A program made the position numbers and the translations under genes. A stretch of DNA of 64,000 bases from the NCBI GenBank assembly GCA_010015805.1, contig ML978121.1:2232001-2296000 (forward strand), read 5' to 3'. Of the stretch, positions 11,788 to 24,598 are shown piece by piece. This stretch comes from Rhizodiscina lignyota (taxonomy: Eukaryota). Position 1 is the first letter of the stretch. Each line of letters starts with the position of its first letter. Below the pieces are notes generated by a model, which was not told where the DNA came from, did not search any database, and saw only the letters and a program-made list of their open reading frames with translations.

Positions 11788-13749
11788 TCAGCATCGTCCT
11801 TTCAATGCTGGCGCACTAATGTCCCTCCTTGCAATACCTTCAATCATTTGCTTCTTCGGCGTTGACAGTCCCATTGCTACGCTCCTGGCCCTTCCTCTCC
11901 TCAGTCGAATCTGCTCGAGGGCAGCCTCGCGATCCAGGGTCCCGTCTGGTCGCAATGCCGCGCCTGGCGATTGTGAAAAGGGGAACGGAGACATAGGAGC
12001 CTTCAAGATGGGCGGATGCCCAATCGTCGCAGGCGTCTGAGGCGCAAACGTTTGATATGCTGGTGCAGGTGTTGAAGAGGGGGTGAAAGTTAGAGGAATC
12101 GTGGTTGTGGTGGTTACCGTGCGAACTTCGCGAAACTTTGGTGTATGAGGAGCGTGCGGTGTCTGCGGAGGAGAGTTCTGCGTCGTTTCAGATGTCGCCT
12201 CCTTCATTGGAGAGCTTGGGAGGTCCGAGGATGATACAGCCATCTGCTCAGTTTCGCATTGATTGCGTAAGACTGTTGTATCTGCGGCTTCTTCTTCTGG
12301 TGGTGGCAGTTGCGGTGCATCCGACATGACTTCCTCGATGACATCCAGCTGGGTCCGCTCAGTGCTGCTCTGGGCCAGTTCGTCTGATCGTATAACAGAG
12401 CGGAATGTCCCTGAAGTTGGGGAATATTCCACTGCTGTCAGTGGTTGTTCGTTCGCGATCTCATCATCCGCCTCTGGGACAACAGAAATTTTGGTAGCTG
12501 ATTCTGGAGCCGGGCAAGTTTCCATCGCTTCGTCTGAGAGGTACGGCATTGGTTTTGTTGCTACCAAGCCTCTGATGCGCTCCATATCCTCTGAAAAACT
12601 GTTGTCGTGGACGTACTGCGATCCACACTGCTCAGCCACGCGACAAGAACAGCATAGAAATTGGCATTCCATCTTCATATATTCGATTTGATCCTCTGCG
12701 CGTTGCCGCAGTCGCCTTTGAGTGTCAAGCTCTTCCTGCAACGCTTTGACTTCAACCGAACGTTTCGGCATCACATTCTCTTTGTCTTCAGTGTCAATAT
12801 GGTTTTTGCGCGGCGATTTCTTTGGAGAATCGAACTCGTCGTCCTCGTCGTCCTGCGATGTTGGAAGGGCTATGTGCCCCTCAGCTGCTATGCGTGCAAC
12901 TTCCTCCTCTTTCAGGCTGGTCTTTAATGCATCTCTCTCTTCTTCCACGACCTTGACTCTCTCGTTTGCCCTTGTCAATTCCTCCTGGACTCCAACAAGT
13001 TTGTATTCTGCTGTGAATGCGTCCTGCTCGCGTCTGAATGACTTCGCTTTCTCGGACTCGAGGCCGGATTGTGCTATGCGCAAGGAATTCCGTGTCGCTT
13101 TTAATTCTTCTTGAGTCTTGACCAACAATGATTCCGATTTAAATGCCTCCTTTCGCAGTCGCCGGTTCTCCTTTTCCATCAAGGCTTTTTGGTGCTCGTA
13201 GGTCTTTATACTGCGTTCCACATCGTCCTATCACTCGTCAGACCTAAGATCAATCGCAGTGTCTGGTACACTTACTGCCTGTGCCTCCAACCGCTTCAGC
13301 ATTTTTCTTTCTCTATCTTTCCCCTCCTCTACCTCTCGCTTCAGTCGTCTTGCTTCTTCGCGCAACTTCCTGACATCACTTTCTCTTTCTTCCCGTTCCG
13401 TTTTCACTTTTGCTAACTCAAGTTCTGCCATCTCCCTCGCCATCTCCGCCCTTTTGATCGCGACTTCATCTCTCCGATGTATCTGTTGATGGTCTTTGAG
13501 CGATAAGGAATCAAATCTCGCAACCATGCCATGTACCAATGCTTCGGAGTTATTCCTGCTGTGCGACAGCCTTGTAGGCGAAGAAGGATTCAGCGTGAAT
13601 TCTGATGGTTTGACGAACTCAGGCATTGAAGGTGACTGTGGTGGATTCGCGCCGTATGGTGGCCGTGTTCCGTTTACACGCTCTGGGGACAGTGGGAATA
13701 AGGGCGTCCCCGGTGAACTGGGGAATTTGAAGGGTGGTGGAGGGTCCAT
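11788..13749 (-). CDS. Fungal coiled-coil protein with ECQFLCCSCR motif and Pro/Thr-rich tail
   Basis: Two long ORFs joined in frame by intron 13228-13275 (GTAAGT...CTGAC...TAG). Long E/K/R heptad-like stretches. Confidence 0.85.
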
Positions 13750-13994
13750 TGCAACGTGGATCTTGTGCAGAACTCGCCAACTTGCGGCAATTGAGTTGAC
13801 TCTTTTGGAATGAATTGCATCTTCAAGAGCTACTGCAAGTCGGATTTATGATGGAAATACTGTTGCGCGTTGCCGGGCAACGCAGCTTGGCAGCGGCTAA
13901 GCCCCTGCAAATACCTCACCCCTGCCGTTTTCGCTCACCACAAGAACAATCCACCTTTGTGCGCACATATTCTACGATACTACTGCTATTGTTA

Positions 13995-15676
13995 TCAGTG
14001 AGACATTGGATGCAGCTCAGCCCCGGTTGCAATAATCGCGATGCCACTGCCATCAATAAAATCAGCATCTTGCCACCCCTCTCTTTCGTCCTTCTTCATC
14101 CTCACAAACGCCAAGTCCAGAAGAAGAGCAAGGACAGCAATGCCACAACCAAACCAAATTGCAGCCCGGTAGCCGGTAACTGAGGAATGCCTAATTGGGT
14201 CAATTTGCATCTCGATAGTACCGGCGAACCCAAGGCCGATGCTGCTTCCGTAGAGCAACAAGGTTCCCACAAGAGATGCTGCTGCACCTTGCTGATACCT
14301 CTTAACTGCATTGCTAGCGATGATCTGAGCTGCTGTAAAGACCAGGTCCGGACAGAACGACATCAAGACGACAGCCGGAAATACCTGTGGCCAATAGCTC
14401 TGTTCGATGGGCATAGTTGCGATGAGCACGGCCGACGCAGTAGCAGCAACCAAACCGATTGCAAGAATGTACTGTGCTGGGATCCGAGGGATAAGCCACG
14501 AAGAGAACCAAGCAGCAAAGACGCCAAAGAACAGAAATGGCGTATAGCCTGCTGCAAAATGTAGCACGCTCCAATGACGGTTTAACTGGAGCCATGCTGT
14601 CATATACCAAAGAGTGATCCCGAATGACATGAATGCCATGAGCACCGCGAAGATGAGTGGCAGAAATGATGGCGCCTTCCAGATATCAAGAGGCATGATT
14701 GGCGTCGGAGCATACATCTCCCATATAGCAAATGCAGCGAAGAGAACGACACTTGCCACAAGAATGCCGATCTGGTATGGGTTAGACCAAGATGCCGAGG
14801 GTGCCTGATTCCAGACGAAATTGAAGAGAATCAGAGCGCTGCAGCCGAGTGCCGCACCAACCCAGTCAACCTTGCCGAGTCGATCCAGAGGAGCATCGTG
14901 AGGCAGGATCCACCAAAGGATGGCGAAGGTTACGACCGCGAGCAGTGTCCTGGAGCGAGGTTCAAGTAAGCCAGCCGTGCGCTCATGTCAGTGATGGAAA
15001 GACTCACAGGAAAATGAACAGCCACCGCCAAGGAGTGAATTCCGTGAATACTCCTGCGAGAAGGGCTCCCAAATATCCTCCGATTGGTGCTGCGGCACCA
15101 AATATGCCTAGACAGAAATTCCGCATCTTCCCTGGCGGGAAGGTAATGCCTATCATCGCAACTGCGTTGGGTAGAATGAGCGCTCCGCCGATGCCTGTCA
15201 GCCCGCGGACGATGTTGAACGCAAAGAAGTTGGCGCAAAAGCTATTGATCAATGACCAGAAGGCGAACCAAATACCTCCCAGAAGAAGCATATTCTTGTG
15301 GCCATAGACTGCTCCGAGACGACCAGAGACGAGAACGAATGTGCCTTGCGTCAATTGATAGCTAGCGGCGATCCAGTTGGAGAGTCGAACATCAGTAATG
15401 CCCAATTCTTCGCCGAGCTTGAAACCGCCGGAGACAGTGGCGCCATTGGAGATCATCTAATCCTTTTTAGCTTTCCTATCACCGCTCGTGATGTCTGAGA
15501 GAACATACCTGAACCAGGTTTGCCATAAGAACAAAGAAAGCAACTGCCATTCTCCGCTTCTGCGAGCTCTCCGTTGCGATAGAATTAGTATCAGGTACTG
15601 CCACTGGCGTGCCAGGATGCACGATTGGAACCGGAGCTACAGCAGATCCTCCGCTGTCCCTAATAGCTTCGGCCAT
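13995..15676 (-). CDS. MFS drug:H+ antiporter (DHA2, Atr1-like)
   Basis: Introns 15457-15508 and 14950-15007. Motifs WIAASYQLTQGTFVLVSGRLGAVYGHK, RGLTGIGGALILPNA and GAAAPIGG. Many transmembrane segments. Confidence 0.92.
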
Positions 15677-15923
15677 TATGGAAGACTATGATAATTTAAC
15701 GTCCACAAAGAGATTTCGAGAAATGAATTAGCAATTGATCTTGAACGTGAGAGGAGAAATCCCATTGTTGATGGCTCGTTTTGACTGCTCAATGGCTGAC
15801 ATAATGAGGAACACAATGTTGTGATTCATCGTGAGAAACCCCACTCTATTGCGGGGAGGCTATCGAAAGCTTAGAAATCACGCAGCTGGTCTCGTTAGTC
15901 TTCATTCATTGTTCAATGATCGT

Positions 15924-15963
15924 GTCCACCGGAAGCCAGACGGGAGGTCCAGTCCACCGGAAG
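15924..15963. promoter_or_regulatory. Direct repeat GTCCACCGGAAG x2 upstream of the MFS gene
   Basis: Exact 12-bp copies at 15924-15935 and 15952-15963. A regulatory role is inferred only. Confidence 0.35.
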
Positions 15964-16750
15964 TCATGAGATCGTGAAAATCTGAAGAGACGCGCAATTC
16001 AGGTATATTGGAGCCTAGGTTCCATACATCCGTCTCAAGTAACATGGTACTTTCCATTTCTCCACCGAATATGGCAATTCAAAGAGCTCGAGGGCACGGT
16101 CCGAACTAATGGGCTCACTTCACCGCCGGGGATGAGACGTGGGGGCCATCGCTCCATGCTGTTATAGTGTCGATATCGAAAGGCTACCAAAGAAATTGGT
16201 GTACGCCAAAAATATTCGAACCGGTATTAACAATAATTCCCCTATAGTTGAAATTGCCATTAGACTCCAGCTTAACAGAAAACAATGGGTTTTCATACAC
16301 GTTGAGATTAGACGGCCACTATTTTAGATACTCACATGGCATCTGTACTTGTGGAGGGGCTCCACGTGACGAATCGGCTTATTTAAATAATATCCGGCTC
16401 GACAATATAAACAATGCCATCTCCTCATTGCGTCACCAACACTGCAGTTTTACGTCTACTTAGCAGTGGTGGGATCGTTTTGCAGAGAAGGGTCTGTTGG
16501 TCATACTGCCATGTGTTGATTGCAACAGACGGTTATCGTGTCAGAGATGCCTTGAGTCGAAGGGAATGCTAATGAATTTCGTACTTATCACTGCACCTAC
16601 GGAACATGGAGATGGTCTCGTTAGTGTGTAAGACATTCTGGACTCTCTTGATGCGAAAATTATACTGGTATTAATAGGATGGAGCCGATCGCATTTGATA
16701 ATACCTGTAGACGATTACTTGCATCAATCAGCAATCAGCATCGACACGAA

Positions 16751-18089
16751 TTACTCCTGGCCCTCCCAAAGCTTAAAAACCTTTCCTGGATTTAGCAAGC
16801 AAAGAGGATCAAGCGCCATCTTTATCTGCCTCATGGTAGCGACTGTGCCATCACCAACCTCCCAAATCAGCGCATCTCGATTGACCAACCCAATTCCATG
16901 CTCTCCGGTGACGGTTCCGTCCATGGAGACACCCAGCTTTTGAGCCTCTCTCATCAGTCCTTTTGCTTTCTCCCAATCTTTTGCGGGAAAGAAGACTCCG
17001 GCATGGAAATTGCCATTCCCTACGTGCCCCAGGCAGGAACCGATGAAGCCAGAACGCTCAAAGCTATCTTTAGTCGCAGCAATCATGTCACCGAGACGTG
17101 AAATCGGTACGCAGATGTCCGCCGAGATAAAGTTGTCGCTGGGATCATTCTTGAGAGCAATCATGTTCCACAGAGCGGTCTTGCGCGCTTCCCAGAGACT
17201 GTCGGCCTCGTCGGCGCTGTTAGAGAAGGTGAACTGGACACATTGTTGTTCTTTGGCCAGACGCTCCACCTCCTCGACTTGCTCCGCGACATGTGCAGGC
17301 GATCCAGCGAATTTGAAGAACAACGTAGTCTTCTCCGGCCACTCAATATCACTATAGCCGCTGCTATTGACTGCTTTCATAGCCATGTCGTCGAGAAGCT
17401 CCATTGCAGCCAGGGGATGCCCACTCCTGACAATGCCGACCGCAGTTCGAATCGCAGAGTGAATGTCTGGAAAGGCACCGACAGCGACACGGACATTCTC
17501 TGGTTTATCAGTAAGCTTCAATGAAGCCTCGGTAACGATCCCCAGTGTTCCCTCCGATCCAACAAACAGTCTTGTCAAGTCGTATCCAGCACTGGACTTG
17601 CGCGGCCGCCCTCTTGTCTTGATGATCGTACCGTCAGCGAGAACGACCGTCAGACCGAGAACCCAGTCTTTCATTGTGCCGTAACGGTAGGCGTTCGTTC
17701 CAGAACACCCTTGAGCAATCATACCGCCAATTTGAGCCCCTGGTCCAGGATCCGGTGGAAAGAACAACTTCTGGTCTGCAAGCTGTTCATTGAGCGCGTC
17801 GTAACTAATACCCGGCTGCACGACAACATCCATATCTTGCTCGTGGACCGCGATGGTTTTGTTCATCTTCTGGAAGTCGATGAAGATCTCCTCATTCATG
17901 GCAGCGAGGGTGCTTTCAAGTGACGTTCCACCGGAGAACGGAATTGTTCCGTTGCAGGATCGAGCGAGCTGTGCTAGAAGCACGATATGGTATAAATTGG
18001 CTCTGAACTAGACTTGGAAACAGACTGCTGTTAACGGAACTGCAAAAAGATGAGCGTGTTGGGAGGACTCGCAATATTTGGCACTTCAT
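16751..18089 (-). pseudogene. D-lactate dehydrogenase (cytochrome)-like FAD-linked oxidase, probably disrupted
   Basis: Family motifs FFPPDPGPGAQIGGMIAQGCSGTNAYRYGTMK, KSSAGYDLTRLFVGSEGTLG, GEHGIG and LNPGKV. The long ORF lacks an ATG and the start of the FAD-binding domain. The upstream ATG (18089) is out of frame. Confidence 0.6.
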
Positions 18090-19517
18090 CTTGCAGAAGG
18101 GAAAAAGATGTCCCTCTCACATTTGCAGTGAACGACAATTTGGCGACTTGGTAGATGGGAGTATTAATACTTATATGTTCATCCGTTTATGAACTACTGC
18201 AATTAGCCCAGCCAACATTGTTCCAACTTGCCTGACGCTTATTTTCGGGTCAAAGTTCCTAGCAGCAAACGCTCCCAATTGACGGAACCTCGGCCACAGA
18301 TGCATTCTGCTTCTGCTCGTGGAAAGTACCCACATTTCGAATGGGGAAATCTAGTGCAAGCACTGGTTTCACCAACAACGTCTAAAGATGAACCAAAGAC
18401 GTTCAGCTAAAACAAGAGGATTCAAAGGCCAGACGACAGAAGGTAATGCGTCATCACTATCAAAGTCCTGTTGCGGTTTCTTGTCACACCCAGTCTACAC
18501 ATGCGGCATCTGCACCTGCATCAGGTTGCTAGAGGGCTTGTTATGCCAGGCGGTGCTCGGATTAGCCCTGAATTGAGAAAAGTCCCCAGTGGCAGGGATC
18601 AACGAACACATTGATATTGAAAGTCGTTCGATTCCAGGATCTGTGAAGGCACGAAGGCTTTGCCGGTGCTAGGCGTCCGAGGAACGCAAACTCCCAGTTA
18701 CAGTTGAGATCATGACTTCCAAACACAGTCCAGACATCTACTCCTACAGGAGTATCGGCTCCAACAAGAGCGGTCCCGAAGATAAGCGTATTGCGCATGG
18801 TATTCTTTTGCCCCATGTTGGGCCGAGGTATCCTTGAGTGCTGACCTGGTTCTTGAGAGATTTTCGAAGTTACGGTCAAGAGCGGGATTCCGGCGTTCAA
18901 GTCGATTAAACAGTGTATATCGGCCGATATATGTACTCCTACCGGATAGAGCAGGGAATGAAAAGCCGTTCTCGCTGCCGCTTCCACCACCGTCCCATCC
19001 ACGACATCGTAATCGCGTCCTCCAAGACCTTGTCAGGCTCAAGGAGAATCTAGTAGTACTGTTTCACTCCTGGTCGGAGCAACGATTCAGTAGGAGATGC
19101 TCGCACTCGTAGTTGTGCTTTTGAATTGGGAGTGGAAAGGAGAAAGACTTGCAAGCGGATAAGGTGGTAAAATTGTATTGTGGTCCACCGGAGGAGTGAA
19201 CTTTAGACGCTCTCAGGACGCGACGCGTTTCTTTTGAATTCTCGACCAGGGTTTGCCACAAAATTAATGGGCGATCTGTCAAAATCATACGTATCCGTGA
19301 TATTGAAGTTAAACGGGCATCTGCTTCGAGTGGTGAGCTCTCTCCTGATATCAAGTCCCGTAGTCGTCGAACACAACGATTGAATTTTATTCCACCTTCT
19401 CTACCCTGAGTACATTCGACGCAGAGGTTTAATCCTGCAGCCCGCATCGTGTCAATCTCTAATCTCGGGACTGCTCTCGTGGGTAGAGCATAGTCATCTC
19501 AAACCAAGCATTGCGAA

Positions 19518-21334
19518 ATGCCACCGAAGAAGGAGAAAACAGCAGTGCCTGCAGAGGATACTTCCCCTAGTGATACCAGCCGGAGAACTCCCGGACCAAG
19601 GTTCGCCATTATCGCAGGCGTCTTATTGCTGTTGGCTTCACTGTCATCTTCTGTATCTCAACTGAATCTCTCTCCAGTCTACGGTGCGATCCCTGCATCA
19701 AGATGGCACCAGCAAGGGATTACGGCTACTGCGCTGATTGCTCTCACGGCAAAGCGGTATTTGCAGAAGTTGCCTTTTGGAGGAGCAAAACCCTGTATTC
19801 CGGTCATGGCATTTTGGATTCCGGTCATTCAGTGCATACTCTTCTCTTATAGCGGCAGCTTTGGTCCAGTCTATGGCCCCTTGGTCACTGAAATTTCCAC
19901 ATTCTTCCCGTTACTATTGTTGACCATGACTTCGGCGATCACGATCCTTGAGAGTATGGACATGTCAGGACTGAATCCAACAATTGCGGAGATGGCACCG
20001 GCGTTGATGTCTTATCTAGTCTTCTCCGCTGGAAAGCAATCTGTGGCCACTTTGTTGCCGCCTTGGATAGGAACGTCTACATTCTTCACGAGATCGGGAC
20101 TACAAATGGCCCTGGCGTGCTGGTATACAGCTCTGGCCCCGTCAAAGCTGATTCTGTTGGCAATTCCGGCAATGATACATACTTCTTGGTTCAATCCCCA
20201 TTTGACATCTGACTCCGGGACTGCCCTGGTGAACTCGACATTGCACCATCATCAATACAGCCTACTGGAACGTAAAGAATCCCTGACTGGCTATATTTCG
20301 GTACTTGAAAGTCATGAGCATCAATACCAACTCCTCCGCTGTGACCACAGTCTACTTGGTGGAGATTGGCTTGTCACGGAGAAGACTCGCAAGAAAGGGC
20401 AAACAAAGAGGGAAACGGTCTACTCGGTATTTACGATGCTTGAAGCCGTACGTCTCGTTGAGCGTGCTGAATCTCGACCTGATCGAGACAGTTCTGCACT
20501 GTTCATGTACGTCACTCCACTTCCATGATGCTCTACTGTGTAACCAATGGTGTTTAGTGGACTCGGCATCGGAACTAGTCCGAAGGCGTTTATCGAGCTC
20601 GGCATAAATACAACAATCGTTGAGCTCGATCCTGTAGTCTATGACTTCGCTCGCAAATACTTCGAGCTACCTCCTAATCACAATGCCTTCGTGCAAAATG
20701 CTCTCCCCTTCGTGGATAGTTTCAAGAAGTCCCAGCCGGCAAGCTTTGATTACATCGTCCACGACGTGTTCACTGGGGGTGCTGAACCTACCGCTCTTTT
20801 CACTATTGAGTTCTTGGGCGGCCTGAGCAGGCTGCTGAAAGACGATGGTGTGATTGCAATTGTGAGTGGAACGTCCTTAAGCGAATCTGCCAGAGAAGAT
20901 GAACTTGTTCTAACTACCCACAGAACTACGCTGCAGATATCACGACGCTCCCCGTAAAGATAGTGCTCCGCACGATCCACCAGGTTTTCCCAACCTGTCG
21001 AATTTATCACGACCAAGCGCCTGAGGATACTGGCAACACTTTCCTTAACATGATTGTCTTTTGCACAAAACAGCGCCGGGGCACAATCACATTCCGAACA
21101 CCGGTCGATGCAGATTTTGCTGGGAGTTTATCTAGACGACATTGGATTCCACCAAAGAATGAACAGGAGATCTTGTATTCTTCAATAGTGACGGGCGAAG
21201 ATACAAGAAATAGCGAGCTGGTTCTGCGTAGGGGAGAGGAGCAAAAGTTGGATCAGTATCATCTCGAGAGTGCTAGCAGGCACTGGGAGCTTATGCGGAC
21301 TGTAGTTCCGGATGCGGTTTGGGAGTTGTGGTAG
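19518..21334 (+). CDS. Membrane-anchored spermidine-synthase-like SAM-dependent methyltransferase
   Basis: Introns 20507-20557 and 20862-20923. N-terminal transmembrane segments, LRCDHSLLGG, IGLGIG, VELDPVV and YIVHDVFTGG. Confidence 0.9.
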
Positions 21335-21474
21335 AGCTTGTCATTGAGCTAACACTGAATTCACCGGAGCCACAATCTTCCCCATTCCTTCCAACGCCAT
21401 GCTGTGCACCGAACGATATATATTATCCCAGCAATCCACGACACAGTCCAGGTAGTCCACACGTCTTGATCGTC

Positions 21475-23449
21475 TTATCTCTTCCGTCGAGCTCTTGCGG
21501 GACTTCTCTTAATCGACACATCCGGTACTGCATCTGGATTTGCTTCACAGTCGTTGTTTAGATCTCTGCTCGAGAATCTCAGGTCGTGCAAGCGCTGTTC
21601 GAGTTCCTCAATGGAAGTTTGGTTACCAGACACGTCCTCTGGATCGAGCCACCGCTCGTCCAATGCCCAAACAACCAAATCTCGCACAGACTTCAAACCA
21701 TTCCTGTGGAAGTCTTTCAGATTCAATCTTTGCTTGATTGCGGACAGAGCATGCTCAATGATCCCACGACGTTTTCTTGCCATTTCTCGATCTCGTTCAT
21801 TGCCGTAATTTTCGAATGATTCGTCGAACAAAGAGCTGCCCTTGCGCCTAGGAATCTGGGCATATAGCTCATGGAGAATAAAATGCAGCCAGATAAGATT
21901 CGTTTCCAAATGAGAGTCTCTCCATGACCTTCTTAAGCGCTCAACTTTCGGTGAGTTGCGGTTGAAAACTTCAAGGGGTTTACCGAGGAAAACGGCGTTT
22001 CTCATACTGTCCGTCTGTCAATCAAATTGTACGAAGGGGAGCTGACGATAATACTCACTAGCGATAGATCTCGTACTGATAGTTCTCAGACGCGTCTCCA
22101 TCGAAGATCTCTTCCTTGGCAAGATCAATATACACAACTTCCGAATCACCTGAGAGACAGCTGTTCGAGACCTCCGCTCTTGATAGCGTATAATCGATAA
22201 TCGTTGTTTCAAGACCGGTGAAGCCAAGTTTCTGGTGTACATTCCGAATTTGTGGCCGCTGCAGGGCGTCATCCGGTCGTGTTTGGGTAACGCAAATGTT
22301 GCCGAGATGCAAGTCTCGGTGCTCGAAGTTCACATCCTCTTCTCCTTTGGCAATCGCAATGGCCACGCCCCAAAATACATCCCACAGTGACCAGAGGGTA
22401 TCAATTTTGACACTCGGATGTTCCAGATCGAATCCGGCGTGGTCCATTTCAACGACAGCCCAAAGCTGGTCTTCAGCGTAATTCGCCTTTCTCGAGGGAT
22501 CCGGAAAGATAGACTTATCCTTCTTCGAACGAGACTTATTCCACTCTCGCCATGCTGCGATAAATGGTGCACTTGGTTGGCCTTGGAGAACTCGTATCTC
22601 ACGGAGATTCGTAAAGCCCGGGATTTCTGTCATGCGGTCAAGCAGACGGACTTCCGAGACTACTTTGTCGATGTCGCTGCTTGTTTCTTGAACCTTCTGG
22701 GGTCGCTTGTCCGAGACAGAGTCAACATCATCTTGCTTTTCACAGTTGAGCGATATGATCTTCAGAATGCTTTGGTCGTCATTGGCAATTCCGGTTGGAT
22801 CTCTGCGTGACAGGAGGTAGACTTGTGCAAAGCTAGCTTCGGCGATCTTCGTTATCGTGAATTCTTCTCCTAGGTCCTCGGTCCACCTGCGGAATGACAA
22901 CGGAGCATGTTTCCACTCCGAATCCGTTACCAAATTGAGCAGAGGTCTTGCATGAGAGAACTCGTCAGTTGCAGGGTCCAGAACCGAATCGTGACGTTCC
23001 ACTCTTGAGCTATTAGTCCTCGGCCGTCGAGTTTCCGCTCGATTCGATTCTAGCAGGCAATTCTTTTGTTTTGTAGGACTCAGGAGTGGCTCCTCGGTTG
23101 TAATCAGAGTTTCGGCGTCCTGTATTTTGGCGGCTAATCGGGGTGATTGTCTGATTGTTGGCTTTTGGGCTGGACTGCGCTCTCTTCTGCGCGTGGGGAG
23201 TCGAGGTTTGACAACAGCATTGCTATCTCTCGCTTTAAGCACCGGTCGCTCTATTGGTGGTGTTTGTGGTCTGACTTCATCCTCCTCTAATTTCAGCGTA
23301 CTGAGAGCGACGGCTATCTCTTCAATTCGTTGAGTTGCTTCGATCGGCCCATGTGTTTTCTCCGGACTCGAAGACCAACGGAAGGCTTTCGACGAAACGA
23401 ACGCAGTTGATTTCTTTGCTTTCTTGCCATACACCTGTTTGACGGGCAT
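21475..23449 (-). CDS. Haspin-family Ser/Thr kinase (Alk1/Alk2/Hrk1-like)
   Basis: Intron 22007-22058. KIAEASF, FEHRDLHLGNI, haspin-diagnostic IIDYTLSR, and YQYEIYRYMR. Confidence 0.93.
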
Positions 23450-23679
23450 TTCTTGAGTTCCAGGAAAGATCAGTTAATAGCTCTGAGGAATATGAAAGCT
23501 ATGCTCTGAGGATGAACCCCCGTCCAAATCACTTATTGCTCCATTCCCATTTTCAGTCTAGCGTTGTTGACCTGGAAACAACGACTCCACAAGAAACACA
23601 ACATTTCTTGTGAGCCTCTTATAGCCATACTTAATCAATTTCAACATTCTTTGTACTTTTGGAGCCATGTCCTCGGGAA

Positions 23680-23685
23680 ACGCGT
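23680..23685. promoter_or_regulatory. MCB-like element ACGCGT upstream of the haspin kinase
   Basis: AAACGCGTT about 230 bp upstream of the haspin ATG. A single hexamer may be chance. Confidence 0.3.
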
Positions 23686-23920
23686 TCACATGCCTGAATT
23701 GTGTATCTTGTAGTTCTGTCTTGCCGGCTCTTCAACTGCCGAGCTGCAACGTTGCTCTCGCAAACGACGTTTCCGACCACTGACAATCGTGACAGTATAC
23801 TCCCTCAAGACATTCAAAGCTCGTCTCATTGAGGATAGTCAGCTATAGTAACAGCTCTACTTCAATTCGTCACGTCTTGTTCGCTGAAATCCATCGGGCT
23901 AAGAGTACACAATATTCGAC

Positions 23921-24328
23921 ATGGACGCAAGCTGCCAATGCGGCGCGGTCAAATTCACGACTCCAGATGAAAAGCCGATAAAGATATACTTCTGCCACTG
24001 CCTCGAATGCCAGAAGCAAAGCGCCAGCGCCTTCGGAACCTCTGCGATTTTCCCTGCTTTCTCACTCCCTGCCGACTTGCCTGTTTCGCGTTGGGATCGC
24101 ATCACCGATGCGGGTAATTTGATGAAAGGGTATTTCTGCAGCATCTGTGGTACCAGGCTCTTGAATGACAATGGATTGGGAAGGGTTTCAGTCAAAGGAG
24201 GAATATTGAAAGGACTCAATTGGGGAGACGGCATACACATTTTCACATCGAGGGCTGTTGTACCTATCCCAGAAGGAGCACAACAGTTTGAAGGAAGTCC
24301 GGCGCTGCCGCCGAAGCCAAGCAAGTAG
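23921..24328 (+). CDS. GFA/Mss4-like zinc-binding protein
   Basis: ASCQCGAV, CHCLECQKQSASAF and FCSICGTRL motifs. Confidence 0.9.
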   Translation: MDASCQCGAVKFTTPDEKPIKIYFCHCLECQKQSASAFGTSAIFPAFSLPADLPVSRWDRITDAGNLMKGYFCSICGTRLLNDNGLGRVSVKGGILKGLNWGDGIHIFTSRAVVPIPEGAQQFEGSPALPPKPSK

Positions 24329-24467
24329 ATCATCGAAGGATATCATAATGCTTAGGCGCCTTCGTGGTTGCATATACATTGTTGGATTCCGAATCGGCAC
24401 GCAATCGTTTGTCGCGTGGTTTCGCTGTGCGCTGTCACACAAGGTTGCGAAAATGACGTGTGTGGGG

Positions 24468-24477
24468 AAATTTTTTT
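24468..24477. promoter_or_regulatory. RRPE-like A/T element upstream of RIO1
   Basis: AAATTTTTTT about 120 bp upstream of a ribosome-biogenesis gene. Resembles the yeast RRPE (AAAAWTTTT). Confidence 0.3.
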
Positions 24478-24598
24478 ACTACTCTCAAAATTCTTGAACC
24501 CGTCCAAACTTTAACTTCTAACACCACACCATCCCTCACAGAATTCGCGGCACATATTTGAACTTTTGGGGGACTACTCACTGCTATCAGAGCGAGAA

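Noticed and set aside
18403..18457. Minus-strand GTGATGA...CTGA box C/D-like pair
   Set aside because: Only 55 nt long, no terminal stem and no rRNA-complementary guide that I can recognise.
18577..18587. GAAAAGTCCCC resembling RNase MRP CR-I
   Set aside because: No matching CR-V (GGGGCT) partner within a plausible distance downstream.
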